In this document: positions 55,451 through 64,000 of the stretch, piece by piece
How positions within the stretch are numbered: the first letter of the stretch is position 1
Layout of the letters: each line of letters opens with the position of its first letter
DNA from: a bacterium UBP13_UBA5359
GTDB taxonomy: Bacteria; UBP13; UBA5359
DNA length: 64,000 nt
Assembly (NCBI GenBank): GCA_002410925.1
Contig: DHPR01000029.1
Coordinates: forward strand, 1 to 64,000
Reading direction: 5' to 3'
Made by a program: the position numbers and the translations under genes
The notes under the pieces: model-generated
Told to the model about the DNA's origin: nothing
Database searches by the model: none
Seen by the model: only the letters and a program-made list of their open reading frames with translations

Positions 55451-55523
55451 TCTTTCACCTCTACCCAGTTGTCTATTGCAAGCATCCGGATATGGGTTTG
55501 CTTTTTCTCTATTTCTACAGATG

Positions 55524-56891
55524 TCAGCAAACGGGCAGCGGCCCAAAAGCCAAAGCAGCCATACCTGCCTCATCATATAAATTGCAATACGGGTCCACGC
55601 CGCTCCCGTAAATCAACCTGCATCCTTCCGGCAGCGGTTCCGTCAAGTACAGGATAACCGCATATGGATCCGTGGGATCAAGCCGTTGAGAATAAATAAT
55701 CGGCACCCTGCTGCCATCGGCATCAAGTAAGTCGAAACCGCTTAAGCGTCCAGGTGCCGTCAGCCGGCCGTTCACCCGGCTATAAGTAACTTTCAATCGC
55801 ATATCGCTGTCTCGAAAAATTCTCTCCAGATGCGGTCCAAGTTCTCCTGCCTGCCCAAACAGAGCCTGACAGACATGGTATGCCAAGCGTTTTCCCAGCA
55901 ATTTATGACCCTGAGTGCTCACATGGATCAAATCATCCAACTCCAAATCTATGGCTGTCACAGTATAGATTCCAGGAATGATCTCTTCCGCCAAGCGCTG
56001 CTGCTCCCTGATACTATTCCATCTACGGGGCTCCCACCCCCAGCCCCGGCCTTTAACACGTCCGATCTGCACCTGAAAGAAAGGTAATTCGTCATCCCTA
56101 AAATCACGACGGACGGCACAGACAAAACCAGCCAAGCGCTCAGTAAACCTTAGAAGAGAATCATTATCGCCGGTCTCAGCACACCCTTGGTACCAGAGAA
56201 TGCCGCGCACCCGCCCTCCGACCGCCAGGAAACGACGATACATAGCACCATAAAGAGACTTATCTCCTTCATCACGGCGGACGGGATCCCATTGCAACAT
56301 GCTTGTGCCACCCTGGGCGCAGGGGATCAACCCCACAGGCACACCGGTGCGCCTGACCATCTCCACAGCAAAGGGCAGCCCCAGCCCTGCTCCTTTGCCG
56401 GTAACCTGAGAGGACTCTACTTTGAGATCTCTATGTACAGCATCCACCGCTTTGTCAAGCTGATGTAACGGCTCTTTTGCCAACTCCCACTGGTCGTTCA
56501 TGGAAAATACGTTTACTAAATGATGGGAGCTTTCTGTATTCACCATGTCTCCGCACCCCTGCATGTTGGATTGGCCGGCCAGTATCCACAGATCACCTAC
56601 CAAAATATCGGTAACCTTAACCGATTCAACTACGTTACCGTTACTGACTATGCGCAGATCGATATTATAAGGACCGCCTGTATGTAAATCGGATACTGCT
56701 GCCTGCCAACAACCATTGGCAGCTCTGCCGACCAGCTGCCACTCACCCTCATACCCCTCTCTACCATCATTGATGAGCGCTTCCACTGCGCCGGAAACAA
56801 CGCTACACGTGCCGTAACAAGACAAATCGGATGTACCGTTTGCACTGCGTTGATATACCTGATATTGCGCCAGACCATTAATTATCTTCAT
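55524..56891 (-). CDS. Sialate O-acetylesterase-like (SASA / SGNH) carbohydrate esterase
   Basis: VGDLWILAGQSNMQG, GGTS, LWYQG, D.IH. Confidence 0.88.
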   Translation of the reverse strand: MKIINGLAQYQVYQRSANGTSDLSCYGTCSVVSGAVEALINDGREGYEGEWQLVGRAANGCWQAAVSDLHTGGPYNIDLRIVSNGNVVESVKVTDILVGDLWILAGQSNMQGCGDMVNTESSHHLVNVFSMNDQWELAKEPLHQLDKAVDAVHRDLKVESSQVTGKGAGLGLPFAVEMVRRTGVPVGLIPCAQGGTSMLQWDPVRRDEGDKSLYGAMYRRFLAVGGRVRGILWYQGCAETGDNDSLLRFTERLAGFVCAVRRDFRDDELPFFQVQIGRVKGRGWGWEPRRWNSIREQQRLAEEIIPGIYTVTAIDLELDDLIHVSTQGHKLLGKRLAYHVCQALFGQAGELGPHLERIFRDSDMRLKVTYSRVNGRLTAPGRLSGFDLLDADGSRVPIIYSQRLDPTDPYAVILYLTEPLPEGCRLIYGSGVDPYCNLYDEAGMAALAFGPLPVC

Positions 56892-56988
56892 TTCTACCCC
56901 CCCCTGTAAATTTACGCCTGCCTCCTATTTATGCTGTTCTTAACACGATAATTCGGCATCAGAGCGGGCAATGTACATATCATTAATC

Positions 56989-57014
56989 GTTCGACGGCAA
57001 ATACAACTATTCCT
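56989..57014 (-). promoter_or_regulatory. Sigma-H-like promoter
   Basis: AGGA-N18-GAAC, ending GTCGAAC. Confidence 0.45.
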
Positions 57015-57110
57015 GCAAAATTCGGAAAATTTTTAGCTATAACATTAAACTGGTAGCTATAAGGCGATGAAGCGTTTGCCTTGCTAGGCTGCGTTCGTGT
57101 GTTACATTAA

Positions 57111-58175
57111 TCAAGTGGATTCCCGGACTACTATCTTCGGCGTCACCAGATGCTTCTCATGGACATCCTCTCCCCTCCCGATACGCAGAGCCATATCGCA
57201 CGCCAGGCGGGCCAGTTCATCCACACGCAAATTTACCGAAGTGATAGGAACGTCAAGCATAGTTGCCCAGGGAGTATCATAATAACCCATCAATGCCAAA
57301 TCCTCAGGACAGGATATACCGGCTTCCCTAAGCACCGGAAGCAGCCCGGCCAAACGAAAATCACCGTAACTGAAGACGGCAGTCGGAACCCAGGACGACT
57401 TCAATAAGCTTACTAAGGACTCATAATTATTTGGGCTTTCATCATCAAAGATCAGGCGAAAGTTCTCATCGTTAGTTAGATCACACTCCTCGCAAGCATC
57501 CTGAAATCCATTCAAGAGCAGTTGCGCGCTCTTATTATAAGGTACCCATTTATGAAAGAAGATGATTATTTTTTCATGTCCTCGGTCGATAAGATGTTTG
57601 GCTGCCATATAGCCCCCAGCATAATAATCCGAGAGTGCGCAAGCAGAATCTATAGCTACATCGGTATCTAGCCTATGCACAAATACCATCTTTTTTTGCA
57701 TTTTAGTTTTCACGAAATAATCAAAAGGCAGAAATCGAGTGCCGTTCAAAATCATGGCCGCTATACTGTTTTCAAATATTTCGCTAAAAACTTTGATATT
57801 TTCTCTCTCTGCACGCTTACGGTTGTGGGACATAACTGCGGCGGAGTACATGAAAGAGTGATGCCCTCTGGTCTGAAGACTGCTAACCAGAGCTTCGAAT
57901 AACTCTGCATGGAAATGCCCGTATCGCTGCATAACCATCCAAAAAGTATCATGTATATCCTGACGCTGGAGGCTGCTTACAAAAGTGCCTTTGCCTCTTA
58001 TCCTCCTAAGAAATCCCTGGCTCACCAGTTCCCTGACGGCATACTCCACCGTCGTGTTGCTGACGGAAAATTTCTTTATCAGCTCGTTATCGGAATAAAA
58101 CCGGTCCCCCGGCTTCAAACGACCGCTCTTAAGCTCTTTTGTCAACCGAAGTATTAGTTTTTCATACTTCTTCAT
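57111..58175 (-). CDS. GntR-HTH / LacI-type sugar-binding regulator (AraR-like architecture)
   Basis: LKPGDRFYSDNEL..F.VS..TV..A...L...G.L.R..GKGTFV; D...GGY.A..HL...GH; PEDLALMGYYD; ITSV. Confidence 0.9.
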   Translation of the reverse strand: MKKYEKLILRLTKELKSGRLKPGDRFYSDNELIKKFSVSNTTVEYAVRELVSQGFLRRIRGKGTFVSSLQRQDIHDTFWMVMQRYGHFHAELFEALVSSLQTRGHHSFMYSAAVMSHNRKRAERENIKVFSEIFENSIAAMILNGTRFLPFDYFVKTKMQKKMVFVHRLDTDVAIDSACALSDYYAGGYMAAKHLIDRGHEKIIIFFHKWVPYNKSAQLLLNGFQDACEECDLTNDENFRLIFDDESPNNYESLVSLLKSSWVPTAVFSYGDFRLAGLLPVLREAGISCPEDLALMGYYDTPWATMLDVPITSVNLRVDELARLACDMALRIGRGEDVHEKHLVTPKIVVREST

Positions 58176-58447
58176 ATCGACCCAACCACCTCTTAGTAGA
58201 ACCAATGCTACGCAAAAACTGCAAACCAGCCGATGCAAGCAATGCCAGGCACTTCCAGCTATAACAAGTCCGCCGATGCAAAGCCTTGATTTTAGTGTAG
58301 TATACCACATTGCACTGATGCTATACAGATATATTCACGGCGTACACACGCATCGTTCGCTCGATCGAAGAAGGATCTACAGATGCTCCATAATACGGTT
58401 GTGTCATCCATACCACTTATAGCTATAACCTAGCAAGCATTACAGCT

Positions 58448-58700
58448 TCACTCTGCCCCAGGCCTGATGTCTAAAGATGGACAGGTGGCTAACAGAGAGG
58501 CGCCAGTGGTTTCGTAGCTCATCCCCGCTATAAGATTAGGCAGCAGTTTTTTTAATCTCTCCGAATAGCTCAGATCGAAAATGGAGCTTTGCAATCTGCG
58601 CATGGCTAGAACGACGGCTATCCAGGTATTGGTCCAGCCGGTTTCCATGCACCAGGCTCCCCAGCCGTTATCGGCAGAGCTGGCGTATTTGAAGCAGGGG
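58448..58700 (-). pseudogene. Probable C-terminal gene remnant
   Basis: FKYASSADNGWGAWCMETGWTNTWIAVVLAMR reads like a conserved enzyme C-terminus but has no N-terminal part. Confidence 0.4.
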
Positions 58701-58806
58701 TTTCATTTACAATAATCGATCAGATATTTGTTACACCTCCATAAATATCTACACAATATTCTTAATTCCAGTTATTTATCTGCACCCGATGGTACTTTAA
58801 CAGCAT

Positions 58807-61707
58807 TCAATTCACCTTTTCCCCATCGATATTCAATTCATCTGACGGCGCCACGACCATAATCTCGTACCCATATTGACGCTGCCGGATGTCTTGCTTA
58901 TTAAAGAACGGTGTTACCGTATTTTTGATATAATCTGCCCAGTTTTTTGGGTATGCTGAGAGATCGGCATCCTGCGGTATTCTAAAATCGGTCTCATCAT
59001 TCTTAAGTATAGTCATAGCCACACCGGCCTTGAAATCTTCCGGCGTCCAGAAATTCGCTTCACCCTGCCTTTTCCCACCCGCCCAATCGCCGGGTTTTAA
59101 AAGTTCCATATTACGCCCAAGAAGCAGCAAACGGTACCCGGCGTATTGCAGCCCGAGCTTCTGAAGATCGACACGGACAATTCCATGTGCCGGTGTTTTA
59201 TCATCTGACCACAACGTGACCGCCACCCAGTTGTTCTTCTTAAGTGTCGTCATAATTTTCATCCGGGAATCGGTCTCGCTTTTCAGCGTAATAGGAGGCT
59301 CGGTCAATTTGCACACAAGAGCGGCAAACTGCTTTGCTGCCGAGCCGTTTTCTTTCTGTGCCTCCTTCAGCATATCATGCGATGTGATGCTGACTATACG
59401 ACCTTTGCCAATGTTCTTTTCAATAACCGCAAGAGAATCATCTTCCGATGCTTTCAGTGTTTCTAATACCGGCGAACCGGTAAATTCCATCGTCATATCT
59501 TTTTCTTGTGTCAAATCTGCCCGTGAAATCGACCATTTGCTATTGAGATTAAGCAAAATGCCTCCATGCTGCACAAACTCTTTCAATTTGTCACTAACGG
59601 ATTGAGAAAGACCTTCAAGGCTATAGGGAGGTGCGATCAACACAGAGTAGCGATTATACAGTTCAGTGTTCTCCACCATAATACGATCCACATCCAGGTG
59701 GTGTGATAAATCCTCAAAAAGATCCCCCACTTGCTGCATAACCTGGTTGGATACCGGGCCTAGCCGCAGCAAAAGCGTACTCTGGTTATCTAAAACAGCA
59801 GCTTTGGCTAGGATTGAGCCGCCGCTCCATTCCCTGCAATTGAGTATATGCATGCGCAACGCATCGATACCGCGATTAGTCATACCACCAGAAAAGGGAC
59901 GCCAAAGATGACCATCAAAGAAAAGCTCCATTCCTGCGCGATGGCCGCGCAATGAACGCGTATTGTACTCTCCCCAACTGCCATGCGGGCCACTTCCTGA
60001 TGTTGATTGGTCCAAGGAATAAAGAGGTTCCAATGCAACTGATCCTCCATATGAAAATATCCAGGTGGATTTGCCCAGGGAACTCAGCCGGTATGGATCA
60101 TGCCCCCACGACCATCCTGATGCGTATGCAGCGGGTGTACCGACCTGGATAGCATATTCAATGCCTTTTTTACGGCAATAATCGGAAATACTCTTATGAA
60201 AATCCTCATTTACCCATTCTTTGAAGAGCACCCATCTGCGCCACCAGACATCCTTTGTATCGCACTTGCGCGCAATATTGTCCAGATTGCAATCCTGAGG
60301 CGGCATCTCACCAAAGCGTTCTATAGTGAACTTCTTAAAATCCTCCAGATTGTCACCCAGGTAATCGCCGGCATTTGAATAAGGCATATCGACATACAAC
60401 CCTTTAAGGCTCCCAAAGGCACTGTATTTTGTAGCATATTCATCAATCATACGGTATAAGAAAGCGCGATATTCATTACTCAGCACATCGGGAAGATCCT
60501 TATCTTTACTCTGTAGATAAGGATCACCCTTGCAATTTCGTGCCAGCATTTTATCGGCTACCTTACCATATCCAATCTGCAGCTTCACCCAGATGCCAAC
60601 ACCTTCCTTGCCAGCAGCTTTGACCAACGTCATAAAGGGATCATAGGCCGTATATCTTGGCAAGGCACCTGAAACTAAGGTCGGATGAAAGATTACACAA
60701 TCTCGCATAGTAAGTTGAACAATGTCAGTAACGCCCATAAGCTTCAACTGCCGCAAGTTCTGCCTGGTGCGTTCATAACCGTAGTTATTTAAATAATCGA
60801 CTCTGGCAATCATGAAAATCCTGCCATTGGTTTTTTCAACTGGCTGACGCTGAAGATAAGTACAGCGAATCAACGATTCATCGAACCAATCATACTGCTT
60901 TGCCATCAATTCATCATACTGCCGGATTTTTTGGGCATCCTTTTCCTGTCGGACAGCGGTCAGTCGTGCCTTGCGTTCTTCCTGTGAAAGCAATGTTATA
61001 CGTCCCCGGCCTGCCCAAGTAACGGCATTCAACAACACTTGCCGCTCTCCATCAACCGGGGCCTGCTCTATATTGCTCTGGGTAGCAAGCCCCGTACAGG
61101 CGCCGTTAGCAACTACGCGGCCATTACCATAATAGCCACATACTACTACAGGGTTTCCTCGGAAATCCCTAACGAGCACCTCACCAACTGGCCCTTTGAC
61201 TAAATTGAAATGATCGGTATAGGCATATTTGTATTGCTCGGAAACGCCTGATAGAATAGCATGCTGTACCTTACAGGGCAGCAAAACATTGCCTTGCATC
61301 TTTGCCGTTTTGGTTATAATCTCTGGAAAAAGCAGCGTTTCATCCCGTGTCAGACCGCAGGCAGCGTGGTTGAGAAGTAGACCGCCTCCGTATTTTACAT
61401 ATTCCTGAAGCGCCTCTTCCATTGTTTCAAAGGGACATTCCTTAAGGCTGCCAATTATGACAACATCGTATGCAAGCAAATCAGCCAGATCTACAGCGCC
61501 TTTTTTGATCACCGATACGCTAACATGTTTTTCTGTTTGCAAAGCGAAGAAAATACCTTGCGCTCCGTAGCCTCTGGCATAAACCCCCACCTTTACGGGC
61601 ATACCGTTCTCTGCTGCTGTTACATTACAATACGCTATACCTGCCCATGCGAATATTGCTACCGCCAATCCTGATATTAAACCGGTTCTGCCAAAATATT
61701 TTATCAT
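58807..61707 (-). CDS. Large secreted glycoside-hydrolase-like protein (GAT-like domain, TIM barrel, GH42-type trimerisation-like domain)
   Basis: Signal peptide; YDVVII...LQEYVKYGGGLLLNH; LKLMGVT...LVKAAGKEGVGIW...YRAFLYRMIDEY...GLYVD; YSVLIAP...LKEFVQHGGILL; GKGRIV. Confidence 0.6.
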   Translation of the reverse strand: MIKYFGRTGLISGLAVAIFAWAGIAYCNVTAAENGMPVKVGVYARGYGAQGIFFALQTEKHVSVSVIKKGAVDLADLLAYDVVIIGSLKECPFETMEEALQEYVKYGGGLLLNHAACGLTRDETLLFPEIITKTAKMQGNVLLPCKVQHAILSGVSEQYKYAYTDHFNLVKGPVGEVLVRDFRGNPVVVCGYYGNGRVVANGACTGLATQSNIEQAPVDGERQVLLNAVTWAGRGRITLLSQEERKARLTAVRQEKDAQKIRQYDELMAKQYDWFDESLIRCTYLQRQPVEKTNGRIFMIARVDYLNNYGYERTRQNLRQLKLMGVTDIVQLTMRDCVIFHPTLVSGALPRYTAYDPFMTLVKAAGKEGVGIWVKLQIGYGKVADKMLARNCKGDPYLQSKDKDLPDVLSNEYRAFLYRMIDEYATKYSAFGSLKGLYVDMPYSNAGDYLGDNLEDFKKFTIERFGEMPPQDCNLDNIARKCDTKDVWWRRWVLFKEWVNEDFHKSISDYCRKKGIEYAIQVGTPAAYASGWSWGHDPYRLSSLGKSTWIFSYGGSVALEPLYSLDQSTSGSGPHGSWGEYNTRSLRGHRAGMELFFDGHLWRPFSGGMTNRGIDALRMHILNCREWSGGSILAKAAVLDNQSTLLLRLGPVSNQVMQQVGDLFEDLSHHLDVDRIMVENTELYNRYSVLIAPPYSLEGLSQSVSDKLKEFVQHGGILLNLNSKWSISRADLTQEKDMTMEFTGSPVLETLKASEDDSLAVIEKNIGKGRIVSITSHDMLKEAQKENGSAAKQFAALVCKLTEPPITLKSETDSRMKIMTTLKKNNWVAVTLWSDDKTPAHGIVRVDLQKLGLQYAGYRLLLLGRNMELLKPGDWAGGKRQGEANFWTPEDFKAGVAMTILKNDETDFRIPQDADLSAYPKNWADYIKNTVTPFFNKQDIRQRQYGYEIMVVAPSDELNIDGEKVN

Positions 61708-62392
61708 AACATGCCTCCTTCTTGCTCATGACGGTTCTTTCCTATAAATGGCAAATGCTTTATCAGCATGAAATATACCCCACCAAAAACAAGCATTGCT
61801 CCGCCTATAAAGACAGGGGTTATTCTCTCTTTCAGCAAAAGAAATGAAAAAGCCATCGTCAGCAGAGTTGAGGCATATCCCAAAGAGCCCAGCTTACCTG
61901 CCTCTAAATGCTTTAGAGCAGAGGCCCAGAGAACGTAAGCCAGAGCTGAAGGGAATATTCCCATATACAACGCATACAGCCAGAACGATAGTGAAAAACC
62001 TATCTGCACCGGGTGCTTAAAAAATAAGGTGAGCAGTAAAAGCATTGCATCTCCTAATATAATTGTTGCCGTTCCGTTCACCAGCCCTCCGTATCTGAAA
62101 CTAGCTCTTCTGCTCAATACGGTATAAAATGCCCAGCAAATGCCTGAGCAAAGAGCCAGAAGAACAGCCAGAAATCCTGCTGCAAAGCTCTCTTTATTTC
62201 CGGCAGCTTTCCCTGAACGGCAAGAACTATTAACAGGAAAAGACTCGCCAGAAAAAATCTTAAAAAAGTAAAGAACACGGGAGCTACCGTATGGTTTCCA
62301 AACAGAACCCGGCCGACTATATAAAAGCTCCCCCATAAGATTACTGAGCCCAACCCGTAGAAAAAGCCAAGCAGGCTTTTATTCTGCATCAT
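61704..62392 (-). pseudogene. EamA/DMT transporter disrupted by a frameshifting internal deletion
   Basis: N-part (LWGSFYIVGR...FLRF) and C-part (ALCSGICWAFYTV...SALAYVLW..AL...LLKERI) are in different frames. The 689 nt total is short for a 10-TM EamA. Confidence 0.75.
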
Positions 62393-63176
62393 ACAGATAT
62401 GCCCTGAGCAGATTCATATTGGCTATTTTCTGGAAGTTATCGCTAGTATAGATTATGCTTCTTTCATCTACCTTCCTTACTCCGGGTATCAGACACATCT
62501 TCGATACTGTCTGGGTCGTGGTAAACTCTACTCTATAGTCATAGGGTGCTTTAAGGGTAAAGGGCTTTATCTCGTTTATTCTCTCTACCGCTCTTTTAGC
62601 TCCTTCCCTGATCAATTCACAGGCCTTCTCGGGATGCAAACTTATGGCCTGATACTTATTGATGCCTTCTTTTACGGTTACAGTCTCCATGCTATCCACC
62701 AGGGCTTTGGCCTCTTGCGTTGCCTCGGCATCTCCGGTAAGCAGGATTACCGGCACCTTCATGTTGCCGGCATAGGCCATCTCGAAGCCCAGTTCGCCTA
62801 CTGCAATTCCGTTAAGATAGGTGTTAAAGATGGCGCTGTTCCCGGTATGGTTCAATACTCCTGTCCCTACACCGGCCCGGGCATGCTGGCCAACTATAAA
62901 GACACCGTCTATCGACTCATCCAGACCGGGCAGATATGAGGCTACGCCTCCGGATAAGACAAGCTTCACTTCCTTATCCAGCTTATCTATAATCACCTTA
63001 TGGCTCTCCGCCACTATTATCTCTTCCGCTCCGCCGCTGCGTGCGCCGTCTATAGCTGCCTGTATCTCTGCCGTCATCCACTCTGTAGCTCTCGTATCTG
63101 AAGATCTTTCCTGGTGTGAATCCCAGTTAACTACACCGGCAACGCCTTCCAAATCTGTAATTATATATATCTTCAT
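62379..63176 (-). CDS. dppA: D-aminopeptidase (peptidase M55)
   Basis: KIYIITDLEGVAGV, ESH, VGQHARAG, LNHT, GE, TGD, TVKEG. Confidence 0.9.
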   Translation of the reverse strand: MKIYIITDLEGVAGVVNWDSHQERSSDTRATEWMTAEIQAAIDGARSGGAEEIIVAESHKVIIDKLDKEVKLVLSGGVASYLPGLDESIDGVFIVGQHARAGVGTGVLNHTGNSAIFNTYLNGIAVGELGFEMAYAGNMKVPVILLTGDAEATQEAKALVDSMETVTVKEGINKYQAISLHPEKACELIREGAKRAVERINEIKPFTLKAPYDYRVEFTTTQTVSKMCLIPGVRKVDERSIIYTSDNFQKIANMNLLRAYLYDAE

Positions 63177-63187
63177 TTACCCTCTCC

Positions 63188-64000
63188 TCACCCGAATTCA
63201 ATATCCAGCGCTATTTTTTTGCCTGTCATCCGGTAAATTACTTTGCCTACTTTATTGTTCCATTCCCAGCCAGGGGTTTCTATGCCATCGATTTTAACCG
63301 TTTTAGGACTCTGTGGTGCATAAAAATCCAGTTCGGCTTCCTGATTTATTGGTCCTTCTGTGATTACTTTGAGAGTAGCCGACATTATCTGCTCGCTGCA
63401 GGGATGGGTATTGTGCCGGACATATGCTGCATCGGGGCTATGTTCCTTTAGACGATACACTCTATATTGATAGCCGCTAAGTGTCTCTTTTATCCCTTTT
63501 TGCTGAATATCTTTGTCTTCTATTATAGCCGGATACCCACCTAGGCTATCCACTAGAAGGTATGACGCATTACTTGCCCAGCCCAGTTTGGTCATATCCA
63601 ATCGCCAGCTAAACATAGTATCTGTGCAACCTGGATTAGACAGCACTATCAAGGCTTCCTTATCATTATAGTAAAGCGCTCCCTGCGCACCTTTGCCTAT
63701 TATCTCCAGCAAGTTCTGCCGGTAATCAAGGAAACGATAGTGCGTCAGATCAAAAGCGCGGAATCCGGCAAACAAATCCAAGACGCTCTTATAGCCGCCA
63801 TAAGCCGGATAGGTGAAAACTCCCTGTAGCACACACTTGGAGATAAAATTATCCATCGCTTTTTCAAAGATAGATTTATCACCTCTATGGCTGATATCGG
63901 ATTGGAAGCAGGCTCCGCTATCTGCGCGTGAAATAATGGTCGGGCAAATAATATGAGCGGAGGCATTCATATACTGACAATGAGGGGTAAAGCCTTCCAG
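63188..64000 (-). CDS. Hypothetical protein, C-terminal part; possibly carbohydrate-active
   Basis: Frame is open to the window end (LEGFTPHCQYMNASAH...). Beta-rich C-terminus (ALIVLSNP, PKTVKIDG). No motif recognised with confidence. Confidence 0.6.
   Translation of the reverse strand: MEGFTPHCQYMNASAHIICPTIISRADSGACFQSDISHRGDKSIFEKAMDNFISKCVLQGVFTYPAYGGYKSVLDLFAGFRAFDLTHYRFLDYRQNLLEIIGKGAQGALYYNDKEALIVLSNPGCTDTMFSWRLDMTKLGWASNASYLLVDSLGGYPAIIEDKDIQQKGIKETLSGYQYRVYRLKEHSPDAAYVRHNTHPCSEQIMSATLKVITEGPINQEAELDFYAPQSPKTVKIDGIETPGWEWNNKVGKVIYRMTGKKIALDIEFG

Overview
Scaffold from an unidentified bacterium with two N-gaps (24168-24274, 40043-40139). It combines outer-membrane markers (B12-riboswitch-led TonB-dependent receptor, BON protein) with Gram-positive-type features (recO-DUF4342-glyQ-glyS order, GAAC-N4-GTTY LexA box, sigma-H-like and sigma-B-like promoter matches) and an Armatimonadota/PVC-style H-X9-DG pilin. 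A diderm Terrabacteria lineage is inferred, not shown. 0-2.4 kb: P-type ATPase behind a NiCo/czcD riboswitch plus small metal/stress genes. 2.5-18 kb (minus strand): hisG, three tandem PilT-family ATPases, an O-antigen-ligase/TPR protein, KtrBA, MoxR-DUF58-transglutaminase, then a glutathionylspermidine-synthase-like ATP-grasp ligase translationally coupled to a KamA-family radical SAM aminomutase. 18-25.7 kb: two pilin-like genes (one fused to a FecR-like domain) flanking a GT2/GT-C/TMTC-like glycosylation cassette. 26-47.5 kb: mostly housekeeping (PBP1A, PBP2, rhomboid, CorA with an attenuator-like leader, MTA/MTI salvage, DinB, BtuB-like receptor, GlyQS, RecO, nitroreductase, two-component genes). 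47.6-64 kb: a partly decayed carbohydrate-utilisation region with several gene fragments. A G-rich dispersed repeat occurs at three loci. No rRNA, tRNA, CRISPR array or intact mobile element was recognised. All calls come from motif recognition by eye; no database searches were run.
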